Assembly (NCBI GenBank): GCA_951804945.1
Contig: OX638151.1
Coordinates: 70,184,001 to 70,248,000, forward strand
DNA: 64,000 bases
Source: Podarcis cretensis
Taxonomy: Eukaryota
Direction of reading: 5' to 3'
Position numbers and translations under genes: made by a program. Under the pieces are notes generated by a model. The model had not been told where the DNA came from and made no database searches. It saw only the letters and a program-made list of their open reading frames with translations. Positions within the stretch are counted from its first letter, which is position 1. Every line of letters begins with the position of its first letter. This document shows positions 11,912 to 25,720 of this stretch, in pieces.

Positions 11912-13409
11912 TCTAAGGGTTGCAGAAATGAAACCCATGTTATATTACTAGAGGACCAGTTTATTTCTTTGGGAGGCTGAATTAGCAACCACAGACTATA
12001 GGGCAGCAGAAGGAATGCACTGATCACCTGGGATCTTTTTTTCACAAAAGTGCTAGCAGTGTGCATTGCAAAAGTTCCTATTTGCATGAGGCAATCTGAG
12101 AAAACAAGTACTTTTTGTTCTCTGTTAGAGAAGGTTATCTGATGACACACAAAAGTAAACAAGAATTGTAAATAAAATACCAAACTGAAGTCTTAAATGT
12201 TGTTCCTGAAAATGGGTGCAGGTATGTTTCTCGCATAGGGATAGCTTGTAATGTGCATTTATTAGCAACATATATGAATAGCAAATTACTTCATAAAATA
12301 AGGTGTTGGGTTACCATGTGCCAACCCCCTTTTATTCTGCTGGTAGTGCAAATTTAAGAATAACGCATTTGTTACTAGGTCCTCCAATATGATAAAACAC
12401 ACAGTGGCATTATGCAGTAATTTGGATATTTTACTGAGTATATATTCCAGAATTATATTTCATGCCTCATTTGTTGGAAAACTCATTAGATTAGTGCGAC
12501 ACCAAGCTTTAATGCAGTAAGTTCAGAGTCTGCCCCCTCCCTTCAACCCCCCACGAAGTTGAACTCTGCTTGTTTTCCTTTTGTGCTTGAATTAATAAGT
12601 GGCAAATGTGTTCATTCTCTTAGCATTTGTGTACAATGTGGTGGTAGATCTATATTTTGAGAGAATAGGAGGAGCTGTAAAAAGAAATTGTGCCCTTGGG
12701 CTTATGAGATAAAAAGTCTCCCCTCACACAGTTTACATTTGCAGGGCACAATCTCCTCATCTATTAAACTCTGCAGGAGTTTCCTTTGACTCGTACATAG
12801 ATTATGCAATAGTTTTCTGAACTTTCGGTGTGTGGCCCAAGAGCAGCATTAAGCAAGCAACTGAAATGAATAACTGTTGACAAAGAGAAAGAGTGAGCAA
12901 GCAAAGAGCTGCACTTAAGCATAGTTTTAACCACTGGCTCACTGAAAGAATTACTATTATTCCATTGCTTTACCAGTGCACTCTAGGAGTGCTTCCAAAT
13001 GGGCTCTTACTGAGGGGTAGGCACTATTCACACATGCAAATTTTTCATGAGATTCACCCAACATAATTGGCATCAAAACACTGGCCCATATTTTCCCCCA
13101 TTTACGGTAATTCAGATTTCACTTCCACCCCCTTCTTAAAAACATAAATTATGATATCTGAATGAACCATCTGCAGTATTTAAGCTCCCATCTAGAAACA
13201 CTCTCTGTGCTTTGGGGAGGGGGGCTTATAAAAATAACATGCCAACAAAAGGTAGTATGATGATCAGATGCTAATGAAGTGGTTAGTAGCAACCAAACCA
13301 GACAATTTTTGTTCTGTCTACAGAGGGCAAAATCCAGCAGACCTTTATCATGATTAATCCCATTGAAATCAATAGAATTGAATCAAGCCACAATCAAGTC
13401 ACCTTCCAC

Positions 13410-13805
13410 TTATTTTATTTGTTTTTAGCATATACCCCACCTACTTTCAAAGGAACTCAAGGCAGATAACAAGTCACAATACCAAAACAGTATCTCAACT
13501 ACAAACTATCTTCAAATTGAAAACAAAATGAAGCTCAGTAATAGTTCCAGCACTGCCAAGCACCAAGCAGAAAGATAATCAGTCAAAGGCCTTTTTGCAA
13601 AAGCACATCTGTTTCTGCTACTTCAAACCATAGAGTGATGGGGCATTGTGCCACTTGCTTGACCAGGCATTCCATGGGTTGTCCACAGACAATGCTCTAG
13701 CCATTGTTGCCACCCACTCTGCTTCTTCACAAGGTCAAGGGATCTAGAGCAGGGCCTGGGATAATGATGGGAGCAAGTTGGGAGGAATGTACTGAAGAAG
13801 GCAGT
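13410..13805 (-). mobile_element. Old L2-like 3' fragment
   Basis: Reverse-strand terminal pattern (tataccccacc...ctcaaggcag, A-rich tract, aggcattcca). Confidence 0.4.
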
Positions 13806-15024
13806 CCCACTGCTTCCAATGGAACTTAATCACAACACAAAATGACTTCTGTGAGGAAATGATACACTGTCACATTTTTAAAAGGAGCAGTAAAAGAGAT
13901 GGGAAGACAAAACAATGCGGGTACCCCCTCCGAACAACAGGGGAAAGGCATGGACGTGCTCCCTTACAGAGAGAAGCTTTTGCACCTCTCTTCAGTTCAG
14001 AGCAGACAGAAGGGTTGGTGTCCAGTCCTAGCATCTAGTGGCTTAGTTTAGTGTGGCATTCAAAAGGACTATTGAGGAACAAAGATGCTGCACAGTCTTC
14101 CTAAGACATAATTTGGCTTATTGTGTGGTGCAAACCAGGCCATTGAGTAAGAATTTAGAGAAGCAAAACCCTAGTGTGCACTCCGGCATAGCATCCTCTA
14201 TGATTTTGGTCTGGAGTTTACTGAGGACTGAAGGGTCTTGGCCAGTTGGAGAGGTGATGACACTCTAGAGATTCAGATTCTCTTCTTGAGGCGCGTGAAC
14301 TCCTGGCTTCAGCCGCAGAGCCAGATTGGGTGTTAAATTCTCTACCTCTGAGTAGCCTGCAACATGCTCTTCATCAGACAGCATCCTTGTAGGAAGCTCC
14401 CACTAGCTCACATCTGCTGCCCAAGCACTGCCTGAGGCCTCTGGGATGTGGGATGCCTGTGCTTCCACACAACGCTCATTTGTTTTCCTAATACTCAATT
14501 TGCACTATAAGCCCTAACTGAATGGCTATGAAAAGAAAAATAAAATCCACTCTGAACTCTTGCCTCAGACACGCACAGGGAGGAAAGCTCAGTAAATCAT
14601 TAGAGGTGGCAGCTGGCCCTGCTGGCACAGAGGTCTGGTATTCCTGGAACTTTTGGATGCTGAAAGTCTCTTATAAAATTAAAAGGTCTGACAAAGACCA
14701 CTTACCGCCAACTGGAGCTGGAGCTGGTCGGTCTTTTTGCTTCAGCACAACCAAAGGAGGTTGTCACTTGCTCCTGCACCAGCCACACCAATAGCAGCCC
14801 ATTGTGGGCTAGGGGGGCACAGTCTTAGGAGCCTAGGACTCAGCTTCAAGCAGCACTGGATTCCCCACCACCACCCTAATATTTATGGTGTATGACTGCC
14901 CATGGGTAAGCAGGCAGGCCCTGCATAAGACCATAGGGAGTGGCTCGGGCAACTCAGTCAGATGGGTGGCATAGAAATAATAAAAACATTATTATTACTT
15001 GCTTTGGAAGTCTTCAGCCACCAT

Positions 15025-15490
15025 ATTTGTGACCAGGGAGGAATTTGCTTTCAGACCATTTGGGCCTGCCTAGGGCTTTCACCTACCTTATAGCAATTGT
15101 GACTACTCAATGGCAGATAAGGCATTGGATTGCATCCATAGCCTAGATGGATGGCGGGGGTGGTTGGGAGCTCCACTCCCCGCTCCAAGGTATCAGGTTT
15201 TCCTGGTAAGGGATCCAAGGGAAGATGCATTTGTCCTGATGCCCAGCTGCAGGATGATGGGCCATAGCACTCCCAAAATGGCGATCTTAGAGGGTGATCC
15301 TTAACCTTGGTTAACCCTGTTGAATAATCAACCTGCAGACAAGTTGAGCGATTCAGGATAAACAGCCAATGCCTGCTGACATCTGTAATCAATAAAGTTG
15401 TTGCCTGTTTTCAATTCCCCCCCCCCCAAAAAAAAATGGTTGTACTATGTTTATTGCAACTTCACCATGCCTTGGCTCCACTGCTCCGCA
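15025..15490 (+). mobile_element. Unclassified LTR-like (possibly DIRS/Ngaro) fragment
   Basis: GC-richer block with an internal AATAAAGTTG poly(A)-signal-like motif; family identity uncertain. Confidence 0.3.
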
Positions 15491-15979
15491 GCTTCACTGT
15501 GCTGGACCTGAAATTACAGAATTCAACAAAATGTGTTCTTTAAATCTCTTTGCTATTCAATCTCTGGCATTAAAGCAACAGAATAATGCTGATGGGGAAA
15601 TTATGCACAAAATCTGGCCTAAGAAATAGTTTTTAGGTGGCTGCCTTGACCTAGTAGATACAGCTTGGCTGTGATATAGACCTGAGGGGATTCAGTTCAA
15701 ATTCTAATTTTGCAACAGATTTGCTTGAAGTTTCACTTCTCCCTTTGTAAAACAGTAGCAGTAGAAGCATTATGGGTGTATACAGAGTTTCACAAGTGGA
15801 AAGCAAGTTTGTGCAATTGATCTTTCCCTTCCCATCCCCACAGCCCCATAATCTCCAGAGGGTTGGAGCGATCTATGAACGTTGTGGGCTGCAACATGTA
15901 GGGCTGTATTGAGACAAGTCACAAGAATATTTCTCAAAATTGGATAGAGGAAACTTGCATGAGTGGAGCTCTATTAATG

Positions 15980-16165
15980 CAACATAGGAACACAGGAACC
16001 CACCATATACTGGCTCAGACCATTGTTCTACCTGGTTCAGTATTGTCCATACTGACTAACAGCACCTCTCTGGGATTTCAGACAAAATTCTCTCCCAAAT
16101 CTAAATTGAGGATCGAACTGGTATTTTCTGCATGTAAGCAGATGGTTACCATTAAGGTATAGTCC
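15980..16165 (-). mobile_element. Degenerate copy of the tRNA(Ala)-like SINE
   Basis: tcagaccattg...ttctgcatgtaagcagatg is colinear with the 36.3-kb copy. Confidence 0.55.
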
Positions 16166-17279
16166 TTTGCTTGTGTCAGTCCTCCATTGCTGTCATAATA
16201 AACAATTTTTACAACAATTACACAATTGTTCCCAGATGTTCCTGGGAACATGCCCTATTGAACATAATAGGACTTACTTTTGAGTAAGCAAACATGCATA
16301 ATTTTGCACCCCACACCCTGAAAAACAATTTAAACTTCCCACAGTCTAAAAAAACCAACAACAAAGAAACTGTTTTTAGGTTTCCCTAAAAACAAATGGG
16401 GCAAGACACAGTTTTGGATTTAACAGATGAGATCCAGATCCAAATAACTACATGAATCAAAATGACACAGAGCACATCTGAAACAGATTGGTCTGTTTTC
16501 AAATGCTACAGATTCAAGGTGAATCTTGTGGTCACCACAAGCCCCTAGTACACACGGTGGATGGGCCAAAATTGTTTTTTGGTAACAGCCCCTCAGGCCT
16601 CAAAGATGCTGTTCTCAAAAGTTCCACATCCTTTCAGAGAAATGTTTGTTTGTTTGGCATGGGGGACAGGACACTATAGCAGAAGATGACAGCTTAAAAA
16701 CCTCCAAGCATCAAAAAGAAACCGGATGTGGTGCTTTGGGATTCAAAGATGGTACATAATGAGACCTCCAGGTATAGGGTGGTATATAAATTCAATAAAT
16801 AATAAGGATAGATATAGCCCACAATCATCTTGGCCTAATCATACTTAACTTGGAAATATATTTTATTGAAATAATTGGACTTATTTCCAAGTAGCAGCAA
16901 AATGCAGAATCAGCATGCACATATGTGAACAGTCTAGTTGGCTTTTTTTAATGGGAGAGAGAGTTAAATTGCTAGAATAGGGTGTGAAATTTAAATATTG
17001 TATGTATATAACCTGTAAACAAGGGGTTGTATTGGAATGACAGCACCAAAGAGAATCTGTTATCTTTCAGGGGTGTGTGTGGAGGGAATGCAGAAGAGCA
17101 TTATATATCAATATGATTGATAGTGAAGAAACAAAGAGCGACAATGTGGAAGAAACAGTATCAGTGTGTGGACTAAGATCACCTTGGGCAACACGGATAA
17201 AACAAACTGCTGGAGCAGCAAAGAAGGGGGGTTGGGGTCTGCTATGGATCCTTGCTGTTTAATCTGATTCCTTTTTTGT

Positions 17280-17700
17280 AAGATAATGGGTTTCTAGACA
17301 GTGGGAATGCTGATGATCCAGTCTATTTGGATTTCAGTACCCCATTTGATACACCACCACATGGGAAATTAATAGTTACGCTGGAGAAGATGTGGATTAA
17401 TACAGGTACTGGAAGATAAGCATGCAGTTAGATAAAGGTGAGAAGGAAAAACAGACTGACAAGCAAATGTTCCAACCAAGAGAGGATCGTAACTCCATGA
17501 TAAGAGGCCACTCTATTCAACATTTCCACCCCTGTGTCTCTCTGACAATGGCATAAGGAAAACATTAACAGAATTTGCTGAAACCCAAGATTTTGAATAC
17601 ATCATTGGTGCCGTTGAGGGCTAGGAACTACTAGAAGAGAATGAAAATGTAATAGACTACAAATTGCAAGGTTATGCATGAAGAGTAGTTAAAGGCTTTA
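17280..17700 (+). mobile_element. Old CR1 reverse-transcriptase fragment
   Basis: Translation GFLDSGNADDPVYLDFSTPFDTPPHGKL resembles the CR1 RT motif DxGNAVDVVYLDFSKAFDKVPH; degenerate downstream. Confidence 0.6.
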
Positions 17701-18354
17701 CTATGTGTTTCGCTATGTGCTTAGTTATATAGTTTGTATTTTGGTAGGGTGATTTTTTTAAAAAAAAGTTTAACAAATTGAGAAAGAGAGAGACAGGGCT
17801 GTGAAATTGCATGTCATGGTTGTTCAAAAAGTATTATGATATCATGAGAACGCCAATACAATTGCTCCTTTGTTGTAACTATGAAATCAATGGAAACTTC
17901 CTAGTGAAAAACTGCAGGAGTGTGGGTTTTGTACCATGGATTCCCTGATATACTGAGCATACTTTGTTTTCTTGCCTCAGTGCTACAGACTGAACTAACC
18001 CCATCTGATGCAACTATATCACCTCAAAGGCTTTTGAGAAGAGGAGGCATTGGATCAGGGTCTCCCCTAACACAATTTTGCAATGAAATAATAAATGGGG
18101 AACCATCGTAGAGTTCCATGGTTAGTACCCTTTAGCTGAGAGAAGGAAAATTGGCAGCTAAGAAGGGCAGGAGACGCTCCACTCATGGACTTAATAGAAA
18201 TGAATGTTCTTACAGTGTGTGGCAGATGGGAGCACACACTTAGCAACTTCTTAAGGGGGTTGCTGACACCATTTTGAAATACCCCTGGTTTTGAAGTATG
18301 TCAAATCTACCAGGGTGTAGGTGGATGATGGCCCTTTTTGTCCATCTTGGAGAT

Positions 18355-18428
18355 AATAGAATCATAGAGTTGGAAGGGACTCCAAGGGTCAGCTAGTTCA
18401 ACCCTCTGCAATGCAGGAATCTCAGCTG
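18355..18428 (-). mobile_element. CR1-type 3' tail fragment
   Basis: tagaatcatagagttggaagggac...ctgcaatgcaggaatctcagct is the reverse complement of the tail at 59.7 kb. Confidence 0.8.
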
Positions 18429-18455
18429 GATTGGGAATAGTACTTTGGAACTAGC

Positions 18456-18807
18456 TTGTTGTTGTTTAGTCATTTAGTCGTGTCCAACTCTACATGACCC
18501 CATGGACCAGAGCACACCAGGCCATCCTGTCTTCTACTGCCTCCCACAGTTTGGTCAAACTCATGCTGGTAGCTTCAAGAACACTGTCCAACCATCTCTT
18601 CCTCTGTCGTACCCTTCTCCTTGTGCCCTCAACCTTTCCCAGCATCAGGGTCTTTTCCAAGAAGTCTTCGCTTCTCTTGAGGTGGCCAAAGTATTGGAGT
18701 CTCAGCTTCACGATCTGTCCTTCCAGTGAGCACACAGGGCTGATTTCCTTCAGAATGGATAGGTTTGAGCTTCTTGCAGTCCATGGGACTCTCAAGAGTC
18801 TCCTCCA
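18456..18807 (-). mobile_element. BovB LINE, 5'-truncated
   Basis: Near-identical to the 3' part of the 6131-6739 copy; (CAA)n tail; TSD CTTTGG(A/G)ACTAG at 18443-18454 and 18814-18825. Confidence 0.94.
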
Positions 18808-19265
18808 CTTCTCCTTTGGGACTAGTTAGCCAAGGGAAATAGCCGGAAAAGGTGTGTATTTGAGGAGTTTTCTCCCTTCCTCCTTGGTAGATGGGAGGAA
18901 AGCAGGTCTAAAGAAAGTCAGGTAACATAAAAACACAACTAGGTGTGTCTATGTGTTGGCTCACTTTGGGGATCATGGACAACAATTACTTTCTCGGCCT
19001 TACTGGAGGGAAAGAGTCCACAGCAGACAAGGTATTCTTTTTAAGGGATAGAGGGCCTTGGGCTTGACTTTGTGATACTGCAGTGGGCAGACATTTACAA
19101 GTTGTAGAGTGACAAACCCATTTTCAGAACAGATACTTGTTTTCCCTTTTAAGCAAGGTTTTGTTTTTTTCAGGGGAACTCATGGAAACTCAGTTTCAGC
19201 ACCTCTCAGGTGGGCAACATTTCCATTCTAAGAGAATGAGAGGTGTTCATGGTGATTTCCGGCAC

Positions 19266-19269
<4 letters not shown>

Positions 19270-19300
<31 letters not shown>
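19270..19300. repeat. (TA)n microsatellite
   Basis: About 15 perfect units. Confidence 0.95.
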
Positions 19301-19302
<2 letters not shown>

Positions 19303-22278
19303 CACTGCTTTCAAGTAACATGTAACTCTGCAGATGTTTAATAACACATTGTGATACATAAAGCATATTTTTCCTTTGAAAATGTAAGATTTTCTTTCAA
19401 AGTCTGGGGAAATAGTCACGGAGGTGTTCTGTGTTTGTTTGATGTGGAACATTCATCAACATTAACATCATGAATCTGTCAAAATAAAAAACAAAAAAGG
19501 GTTTTTAATATTTCGAGAGCATCATGTCCATAGCTTGCATTGAAATATTAATTACCAGGAAAATCGCCAAGAAATTATATTTCCCACTCAGCTCCAGCTG
19601 ATTTGCAGTCTTCTCATTTTGACAAAATTCCCAGCTATAAAGAAAGAAACTCGTTTAATTATCTTCTAAATTATCACTTTTAAAAGACAAAAACTGATAT
19701 TTATTCACTTAGAACAACAAATATTCATCAGGACAGACTTGAATGGCAGCCTAATCCAAACAGTAGAAGCAGTTTAACACAGCCATTTCATGATGCAACA
19801 GAAAAAAGAAGTGTAAAATAAAGGAACAGATCTTTTAATCCTTGTAAATTCCCAGGGGGCGCTAACTAAATTCCCCGTGGTTTTCCAAAATGCAGCAAGC
19901 AAGTTGCCTACTGGTGCAGGTCAGCAGGACAGGGATTAGCAGCAGAAACGACTCTGAAAAATATATGGCAGATTCTGTGGTTAGGCTCTTTTTAAATTAA
20001 AGGAGAGAGAGGGGAAAGCCCTTTCCATAACTGGCATCCTTCACAACAACCTCAGCATGCAAGTGAACAGCTGCATGGATGCAGAATATGAACTAAGCTT
20101 CTCATACCATGGAAATCACTTTCAAGTCAGAGATGAGGCACATTTAGGAGATAAGCTGCAAGAATGCTGTACTTCTATTATCAGTGAAGAGGAGATAAAT
20201 TGAAAACTTCAGACTTTCTTATACATGTCTACTCAGAAGTAATTCGCATGAGGCTGATAGGTTCCTTGCAGTAAGATGGTGTAGGATTGCACCCTCTTTA
20301 AATGTCTTTTAAAAGGTTTGGTTGGTGCTTTTTGTGGTAAAATAATCAGAACATTCCTCATGTACATCTAACATAGGAGCAAACTAAAAATTCAGGAAAA
20401 ATTAGCCGGTTTTTGAATTCTTTAATGCAGTGCAGAATTTATGTGATCTTGTTATTCGGTTGATATTTTTTGTGTATTGCCTAAAGTCCTTATTCTGGAT
20501 TAGAGCTGAACATTTTATTTTACGTGTGCATGATGTTGTTATATCTTGAAAGAACCCCCAAAAAAGTGGGGAAGTGAACATCATTGGACAGCGTCACTAC
20601 TATCTTATTCTCCGCCCCACCCCACCCCTTGTTTCTCTTATGAATTCAGCAGGAAATAACTGCATGCCATTAACCTGCCTCAAATTTCAACACTTTACTC
20701 CCGCAATTTTCTGGGTTAAAGTGGTTGCAAACGGATTTTTTTTTTTTTTTTGAAGCAATTAACACAGAAATTACCACCAAACATTCAACGTTTTCCCTAA
20801 AGGTTTCCAGTAGTGGCTTTTATGTCACACGAAAGCTCAAATAAAGTGCAGAAATTAGCAGTTAGGGAAATGTCATGGAAACGGAATCTACTTCTGTGTA
20901 AATGCAGCCTATGTTTCAAACAATACAGACCGTACTGTGTTTCTTTCTCTCCTGTACAAATAGTTTGCCACTTGCTCCCCAGGCCCTGAAGATATGTCTG
21001 TGCTTCTGTCCAATGCTGAACTGGAACTGCCTTTTGCTCTGCGGATTATATGTCTGCTTCTGGGCCTGCAACAGATTAGTTCCATGAGCTACTTCCACTG
21101 GGCCCAATTTTCAGCCATATCTCCATTATAGGAGGTGGTTGCCAGGTGCTGGAGGCCATCTCTGATATCTGCTGTGGTGTTTTCATCTTGTAGCTCTGCT
21201 TTTCTCTGGCCTCTTGTTAGATCCCTGTTTTCTCACAAACAGACAGATACTATCCTGTCTTTGTAACAAGAACAACTTTCATTTGGTACTTTTTCTTTTA
21301 ACAACAGCATAGTGTGCACTCTATTGCCCTCTCTGGTAGCCTGAGAGAATATTCTGAAATTTCAGTCATTCCTTTTATTTCACTTCTCAGACTTCCACTG
21401 CCAGTTGTCATCAAAGGGACAGGGGGATGATGCTCCAGAGGGTCTGCCCACAGATGTCACAATATCAAACCTTGACTATTTTGGATTTCTGAAAAGCTAA
21501 CTAAAAAAAAAATGTTACCAGATTTTTGAGGGACTAGGAAATACAGGGAAGTTCCTTTGAGAGAGAAACACAAAATGAAAAATGTGGCTATCAGAATTCT
21601 ACCGAACTGGAGGGAAGAAAATTTTTTTCTTCCTCTCATTTCCATCTGTTTACCTTTGTTGTTCTTCCTTAAATTAATAAACATTTTTGTTCTTGGGGGA
21701 AAGTGACCAGCTTCTGTCTACTCACAGCTGCTAACCTACTGAGACTCTGACAGTGGCCTCTAAGAACTCTCATTATTATACAAATTAATAATAATAGGCA
21801 AGGTAATGAGATCTGCAAAATGAATTTAAACAGGGCACTTTCCCATAAGGTTACCAAGAGATGGATCTGTTGAAGGTCACAGAACTGGTGCACTTAAGCA
21901 GATAGAAAGAAAGAAGGAAACTTAGTTCAGGTTTGTGCTTGGTTTTTCCTCTGGTTTTCATCTCTCCATGAAGCTGGACTAATCATATCTATACTTTTCT
22001 TCTTAATAACACACATTTTTTTTCAATCGCAACAGACTTTTCATTCTTATGCTCTTGTTTTTTTCTCTTTAATTGTACATTTCTTTTTCGGTCATTTATG
22101 GGACAGCAATAGCAAGGAACAATTTTCCCAACCCACTCTGAGGAACCCATTTCATAAATCACACAATCATTTCTGAAGAGAAAATGGCAAAGAGGCTTTA
22201 CAAAAGTATGTCCGTTTGTTAGGATCACAGATTACTATACAAACACATTCCATATGTTACCATAGTACTGTTAATGTA

Positions 22279-22359
22279 CAAGGGTGAGTCTTTTAAAAGA
22301 GGCCCCGTGGAACATGTGTACTCTGTATCCACGGGGCCACTTTTAAAGGGCTCACCCTG
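22279..22359. mobile_element. 81-bp Tc1/mariner-type MITE (almost all TIR)
   Basis: TA on both sides; 31-bp arms at 22281-22311 and 22328-22358 are complementary at 28/31. Confidence 0.8.
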
Positions 22360-22369
22360 TACTTATAAC

Positions 22370-22535
22370 CCTGCTTTTGCCCTAGGAGCTCAGAGTGGCA
22401 TATGTGTCTCTTCCCATTTTGTTTTGTCCTAACAACTAACCTCTACAGTAGGTTGGGCTGAGAGAATTTGACTTGGCCCAAGATCACCCAGTGAGATTTG
22501 AACCTGAGTCTTCCCACACCTTCTCTGACCACTAC
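22370..22535 (-). mobile_element. MIR/CORE-like SINE
   Basis: gtaggttgggctgagaga...gacttggcccaagatcacccagtgag...atttgaacctgagtct. Confidence 0.6.
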
Positions 22536-23185
22536 ATATTTCCGTATTCTAAAATTCACAATATATTTCCAATTTATTTATAATATGTATTATGGCTGGG
22601 GAGGACGACCCCCCCCCAAGTCTCCAGCTGCATCAGCCCATGGCAACCCAGCTACCTATACCTACTAACATGCACATGATCTAATATTAGCATGCCACTG
22701 CAAAGGGATGCCAAATGCTACACTCTGTGTGGGATGGTAGCTTCACATAGTCACCTTGCATGGGCTAAATTATACGGAGGTGGGCCTATACAAACCTTTA
22801 CCTACAGTCACTGGATGCTGCAAATATTTATGGAAACAGGTGCTGTGTTAGGTCTGCCTCAGCATGTATGTAATAAGCTGGGTGTCATGGTTTCTCTGAT
22901 GCTCAGTTCCACACAAGCAAACATCTCACTAAAGGTATCGTTTCCAGCTTTTAGCTACAACACCCTTAAAAGTAAGTGAGACAAATCACAGGACAGCGTT
23001 TTGTTGGGTGTGGGAGGGTACAATAATGCCTTTGCATGAAATGAACCCTCAGTATTAAAAATAGGGTGTTCAGCATGTTGTACAAAGCAACACTTGGTAG
23101 CTTGTAAATTATTTCCTTTGATATTTACCTCCTGATATGTAGCTTAAAAAAAAAAATCAAAATTCCTAAAGGCATAGCCAAACTG

Positions 23186-23315
23186 NNNNNNNNNNNNNNN
23201 NNNNNNNNNNNNNNNNNNNNNNNNNNNNNNNNNNNNNNNNNNNNNNNNNNNNNNNNNNNNNNNNNNNNNNNNNNNNNNNNNNNNNNNNNNNNNNNNNNNN
23301 NNNNNNNNNNNNNNN
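23186..23315. other. Assembly gap (130 N)
   Basis: Run of N. Confidence 1.
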
Positions 23316-24564
23316 AAGCACTTCCTTCTTTAGTGAGAGTTGCAAACATTAGGGCAAAAGCTTGTATATACAGCTCAAAGGGATATAAAAACAGAAACAG
23401 GGATATTCAGTTTTCAAAAATTATTGGCCAACCTAGGACCAGTTTTTAAATGACTGAGCCCTCTGTGATTGTCGCCTTCCAGAACTGCCTTGGCTCATTC
23501 TCTGGGCTCTGAGTTTTCTGTGCCCCATCAGTACGCCAGCCCCTACAGAAATTACTTATTGTGATAATATTGCTACAATTCCTATGGACCCAGAATTATG
23601 GGAATTGGTAAAAATTAAACCAAAGCAGGTTGCAAATGGCCTATTTAATTTCAGCTGCCACAGGCAGACAGTTGCTGATTTCTGCAAACTGTTATCCCAC
23701 CCTCCAAGAATGGCTGTCATCTCTCCGCTGTGTAAGCCTTGGTCATGGGTATCTGTCGCCTATGTTGCACAAAGCAACAACTGCCTCTAGACTGTAATAG
23801 GCTGATTTATCACTGTCAGGGGTTTATTTTATTATTTTATTTTAAATGACTATCATTATTAAGGCTCCTTTTGAGATTACATACATATTTATAAGTACAT
23901 TATGCTAGGCTGAGGAAATCATTTCCAGGCTTATAAGAGAGCACTATTAGGGTCATGAAGTTTTTACAGCTTATTTGGTGTTTGTTAAGTGGTACTGGAG
24001 CTTTCCCATTCCCTCTGTATGGTAATTGCTGCCTGTAATTGAGAGCATCTGCTGTGTCTACTGCAAAGGGCATTGTTTTCATATTGATCTGTCATTTTCC
24101 TTCAGCCAAATAGGAGGAGATTTTTATCTTGATGACTAGCAACCGCCGTGTTCATTTGAATGTATCACAGCAAAGAAGGATGTCAAGGTGCCCTCCTATG
24201 GAGGCAACACTTCTTCCACTGCTATATTCCATCCATTCCCTTCTATGCTAACAGCAGCCACCCATGTCATCCTGGGTTGCTGTCAGGTCCAGTGTCTGTG
24301 TAACTAAGGGGGAGGGAAGAGCAGTTCTCCCAGCTTCTCTGATTCGTGAGCAAGCCCTGACCCACAACTTTTCTAGGGGTCAGAAGGAGCATTACCTGTC
24401 ACACTCTAGCTAGCTTATCAGTGCTGGGAGGCTCCTGTGGCTGGTGTGTCTTTTGACCTATGGACTACACCCATTAATTTCATCTAATAAGCTGTTGCTA
24501 TCACAGCCAATGTAATTCTTATTTTTAAAAGTAATTAGACTTAAGACCCATAAAGAAACAACAG

Positions 24565-24965
24565 ACCATTGCCTAGATTACTTGGGTCCATTCCAGTCTG
24601 GCTTCAGGCCTGGTCATAGCACAGAAGCTGCCTTGATCACCCTCGCTGATGACATTTATCAGGAGAGAGAGGCAAGGGACCCTGATTGTTCTCCTTGATC
24701 TCTCAGCGGCTTTTGATACTGTTGACCATGGTATTCTTCTAGAGCAGTGTTTCCCAAAGTTGGGTCTCCAGCTGTTTTTGGACTACAACTCCCACCATCT
24801 CTAGCTAGCAGGAGCAGTAGGTTGGGGGAGCTGTGTTTTAGTGGCTCTGCTCCTACCCCCAGGGTCATTTCCAGAAAATAGTCCTGAGAGGCTACGGTTC
24901 AGCACCATGGACAATGTCATGTGATGCCCCCCACCCCCAAATGCTAGTTAACATTTATATGAATT
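24565..24965 (+). mobile_element. L2 LINE RT fragment interrupted by a hAT MITE
   Basis: Translations PFQSGFRPGHSTEAALITLADDIY and LIVLLDLSAAFDTVDHGILL are L2/CR1-group RT motifs; L2-like sequence resumes at ~24820. Confidence 0.8.
24745..24820. mobile_element. hAT/Charlie-type MITE, left half, nested in L2
   Basis: CAGTGTTTCCCAAA terminus directly after TTCTAGAG (NTCTAGAN target preference); body ggactacaactcccaccatc shared with the 645-778 copy. Confidence 0.7.
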
Positions 24966-25499
24966 CATAGAATGCTGAAGGTGTGCTTCTTTCCCCTGGT
25001 TTTTGACACTTAAGGTGTATATTTTTAGGAACCTCCTTATTTCTGTAATTGTTAATTGTTCTGAGCTGTTTTTTTAATATTGTGTGATAGTGGATTTTAA
25101 TATTAATCTTGGGTTTTAATTCCAGTAACCCACCCTGGGACCTTATGGTGAAGGGCAGGCAATAATAAACTGTAACAACTACAACATGTATTATTATTTG
25201 AAATTTGGGCTGAGCTGAAACTTTTCAAGGTTTTGGAAACAATTTTGGCAATGTTAATGTCTCTCTCTTTGACGATTTTTGCAGTCCTTGCCATGAAAAA
25301 AAAATGGCTCAATTACACATTTAATGCATTTGGTGATATTTCCAAGCCAAATCTGTTTGGATACACAGCATTGTTACGTTATCCAGTTCATGAAGTGAGC
25401 CTTGATGGGGAGGAATTGTCCATGTGACTAATCCAGGAAGGAAAAAGGAAAAGCAGCCACTGGAAACATTAACATTGAACAGTATTGGAAATCTAACTT

Positions 25500-25720
25500 A
25501 ACATAAAAACATAGGAAGATCCCTGCTGGGCCAGACTAAACATCTATCTTTTCCAACATCCTGTTTTCACAGTGGACAACCAGATGTCTATGGGACCTAA
25601 GCAAGACCTAAGCACAAATGGCATTCTCCCAACCATGATCCCCAGCAATTGTTATTCAGAAGCATTCTTGCATCTGGTGCTAGAGGTAATATGGCCATTT
25701 ATGGCCTTATCCTCCATGAA
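25500..25720 (-). mobile_element. CR1-type 3' UTR fragment
   Basis: Reverse complement resembles 29770-29990 (ccctgctgg..cagac...ccaacatcctgttttcacagtgg). Confidence 0.6.
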
